A DNA stretch of 64,000 bases from Fimicolochytrium jonesii. Lineage: Eukaryota. The position numbers and the translations under genes were made by a program. Of the stretch, positions 61,828 to 64,000 are shown in pieces. The notes under the pieces are model-generated. The model was not told where the DNA came from. It ran no database searches and saw nothing but the letters and a program-made list of their open reading frames with translations. Each line of letters opens with the position of its first letter. Position 1 is the first letter of the stretch. Location: assembly GCF_025526975.1 (NCBI RefSeq), contig NW_026515687.1, forward strand, positions 62,001 through 126,000. Reading direction: 5' to 3'.

Positions 61828-62479
61828 TTGGTGGAAAGACTGGACGGTTTCTCATTCAATGTCTCTGCCCCGTCACATTTTCTTGGTATAAGACTTCATA
61901 AATTCAGTTGATCCCACACCATCAGGTCCGCATACACTGGCTAAAAACCAGGATCGACGATGCTAGGGTAGATTGTGGTAGAGATAACGGATAAAACCGA
62001 TGGGGCCGGCGGGGAGGACTTAAAGGCATCGGAAGCAGAATTCAAGGTCTCCTGGTTTTCTGCGACTAGATGCGCTGGGTGAATCCCCTTTCCGTTCTTA
62101 CGACAGAAATCACCCTGGAGACCAGATTTTGACGTACCTGTGTCGAGAGCGATGAATTAGGTCAATGTTGATGCAAAATGAGAGTGCAATGTTGTGAACA
62201 GAGTGTGCGCTTAGCCTGTTTTGTTCTAAGATCTGTGCAGTCGAGTGACAAAGAGAGAGTATATATATGATACATTTGATGCTGCGGTTCGGTTGAGGCG
62301 CGCTTCGGTTCAGCGGAAATGGATTTATATGGATGAGGAGAGGTTGTGCTTACTAAGCTTCTTTTCTTTCACTTGAGCGAAAATATAAAGATACAAGCTG
62401 GTAGCACAAAGCTCATGAAGTCAATACCAAGGTAAGACCAGCTGGCTCTGCCAAAAATACTTTTCGAGGTCCATGCAAA

Positions 62480-62852
62480 GCAAACATTTCTCCTGAGAAG
62501 CAAACATAATGCCAGCGTGCGCAACAAAATGCAACCTTTTTCAGCCAGTTCGCACGAAACGCAAACATTTTGCCCGAGGATGTTTGAAACGCAAACATTT
62601 CTTCCAAGGATCAAACATCTATTGAACCTTTCTTCCGAAGAGCAAACATTTCGCGTGTGGCGTGCATGAAATTCAAACATTTCCCCAAGGAAAAGATGTC
62701 AAAAATTGTCAGCGTGCCCGCTGCGCCACATAGCGTTCCCGTCACGTGCGCTTTTACGTGTTTTATCAAACATTTCCGCAAGGAAAAGATGTCAAAAACT
62801 GTCAGGGTGTCCCCTGCGCCACATAGCGTTCCCGTCACGTGCGCTTTTACGT
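62480..62852. repeat. CAAACATTT motif array plus a 93-bp-period direct duplication
   Basis: CAAACAT at ~62481, 62501, 62562, 62592, 62612, 62643, 62674 and 62767. 62673-62759 is repeated at 62766-62852. Confidence 0.85.
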
Positions 62853-63092
62853 TTTTTTCTTTCAACGGCGGTGGGAACTGACCATTCAGGATTTCGGCTA
62901 TAGGAGCGACAGAGGAGCAGATACAAATACAGCTATACCACATTGGGACGGGGGGGATTGACAGAGGGAATACATGGTGGAATAAAGAGGGTGGAATATC
63001 GAGGGGAATATAGGCAGGGAATATGGCCGGTTAATTATGGGCGGGCTCCTAAACTGATAATTCACAGCAAGCTTGAGAAGGAGGGAGAAACG

Positions 63093-64000
63093 CTACAAAA
63101 GCCCATACGCCAAGGGTCCTTGACGATGGATTTCGGCCAAACCGTCCCAGAGGGGGCCGCCAAACGGGTTTGGGGACCGGGGGCTACCGTGCTCGTCAAG
63201 CAAGTCCGTGGGAAAGTAGAAGGTCAGCCGTTTGGAGCATGAGCTGTATTCGGGAAGCTTTTGGCCCTCATCCAAGCAAAAGAGGACGTAGATTCGCGTC
63301 GGGAATACGTGAGAACCCGTGATGGCATGGACGAAATTGTCCAGCGTCTGGTCCTTTGGAACTTCTTTCAATGCACATCGGGAGAGCTGCGCGGCGGTGT
63401 TGACGAGATCCCGGCTCATTGCAGATTTGCACGTGAATTCCAGATGGCGGGAAATCTCATCATACATGAGCAGTACAGGCGCGAATAACGACATGACGAC
63501 TCCGCATGGGACCGAATGGAGGATTCCGACAAATTCCACGCCCATCCCCTTTACCATGTCGGCCATCGGGCCATCCCTACTTGCGTACAGCACGTGGTAT
63601 TCGATCGAACGCGAATGGCGGTCGGCGTTTTCCCAGAACGTCCAGAGATCATTCCAGCTGCGGCGAAGCGGCTGCGGACGGTGTGCATCATTCACGTAAG
63701 TTGGAACATGAATAGGCACACCCAGTCGCTCAACGCATGCCCTGAGTCTACCGACGGAAGAACGGACTCGGTAAACCGTTCACTGAGGGCGGTCAAGAAC
63801 ACTGCAACGTCGAGTACATACCTGGCCTCCCATGTTTCACGCTTTGTTTTGCGGTCGATCCCCTTGTCACGCATACCCAACAGTACCTCGCCGAGTTCCT
63901 TGTCGAAGAGCTTCACCGTTTCCGCGGTGATCTGCCAATAATGGGGGAGGTGGATACCCGAGCAATTGTGGCTGTGGTGGAGGTAGTTTACAAAAGCAGG
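63093..64000 (-). CDS. Hypothetical protein, 3' part of a gene extending beyond the window
   Basis: Protein-like ORFs 63692-63916 and 63093-63719 in tandem. No family recognised. Confidence 0.4.

Overview
Eukaryotic, intron-rich DNA from a flagellated fungus (chytrid-like, e.g. Spizellomycetales; inferred from an axonemal dynein next to a Skn7-type HSF+receiver gene and 60-80 nt GT-AG introns). The left part (1-29.3 kb) holds host genes: DNAH6-like dynein, a hypothetical protein, Skn7, AP-4 epsilon and TACC, plus a Crypton tyrosine-recombinase gene broken by a 206-bp solo LTR. From 29.4 to 57.25 kb lies a mobile island. It contains a six-intron Fanzor1 (TnpB-like RNA-guided nuclease) gene head-to-head with an apparently intact TET/JBP dioxygenase gene, a second decayed TET/JBP gene and a Ulp1/C48 protease gene, invaded by chromoviral Ty3/Gypsy elements (a three-LTR tandem, probably self-priming, and a tRNA-primed element). 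The island is bracketed by the inverted repeat TA|CAATGATG...CATCATTG|TA, with one end 58 nt after the Fanzor stop, where an omegaRNA/guide junction is expected. The best candidate new system is therefore a large cargo-carrying DNA transposon coupling a Fanzor nuclease with TET-type DNA-base oxidases and a SUMO-type protease. No transposase is visible, this Fanzor copy is frameshifted, and a TSD mismatch shows internal rearrangement, so the model is an inference. The right end has a class C GPCR-like gene with a LamG/cadherin-like ectodomain and PH-like tail, then repeats and an unknown ORF running off the window. All calls are from motif recognition by eye; no searches were run.
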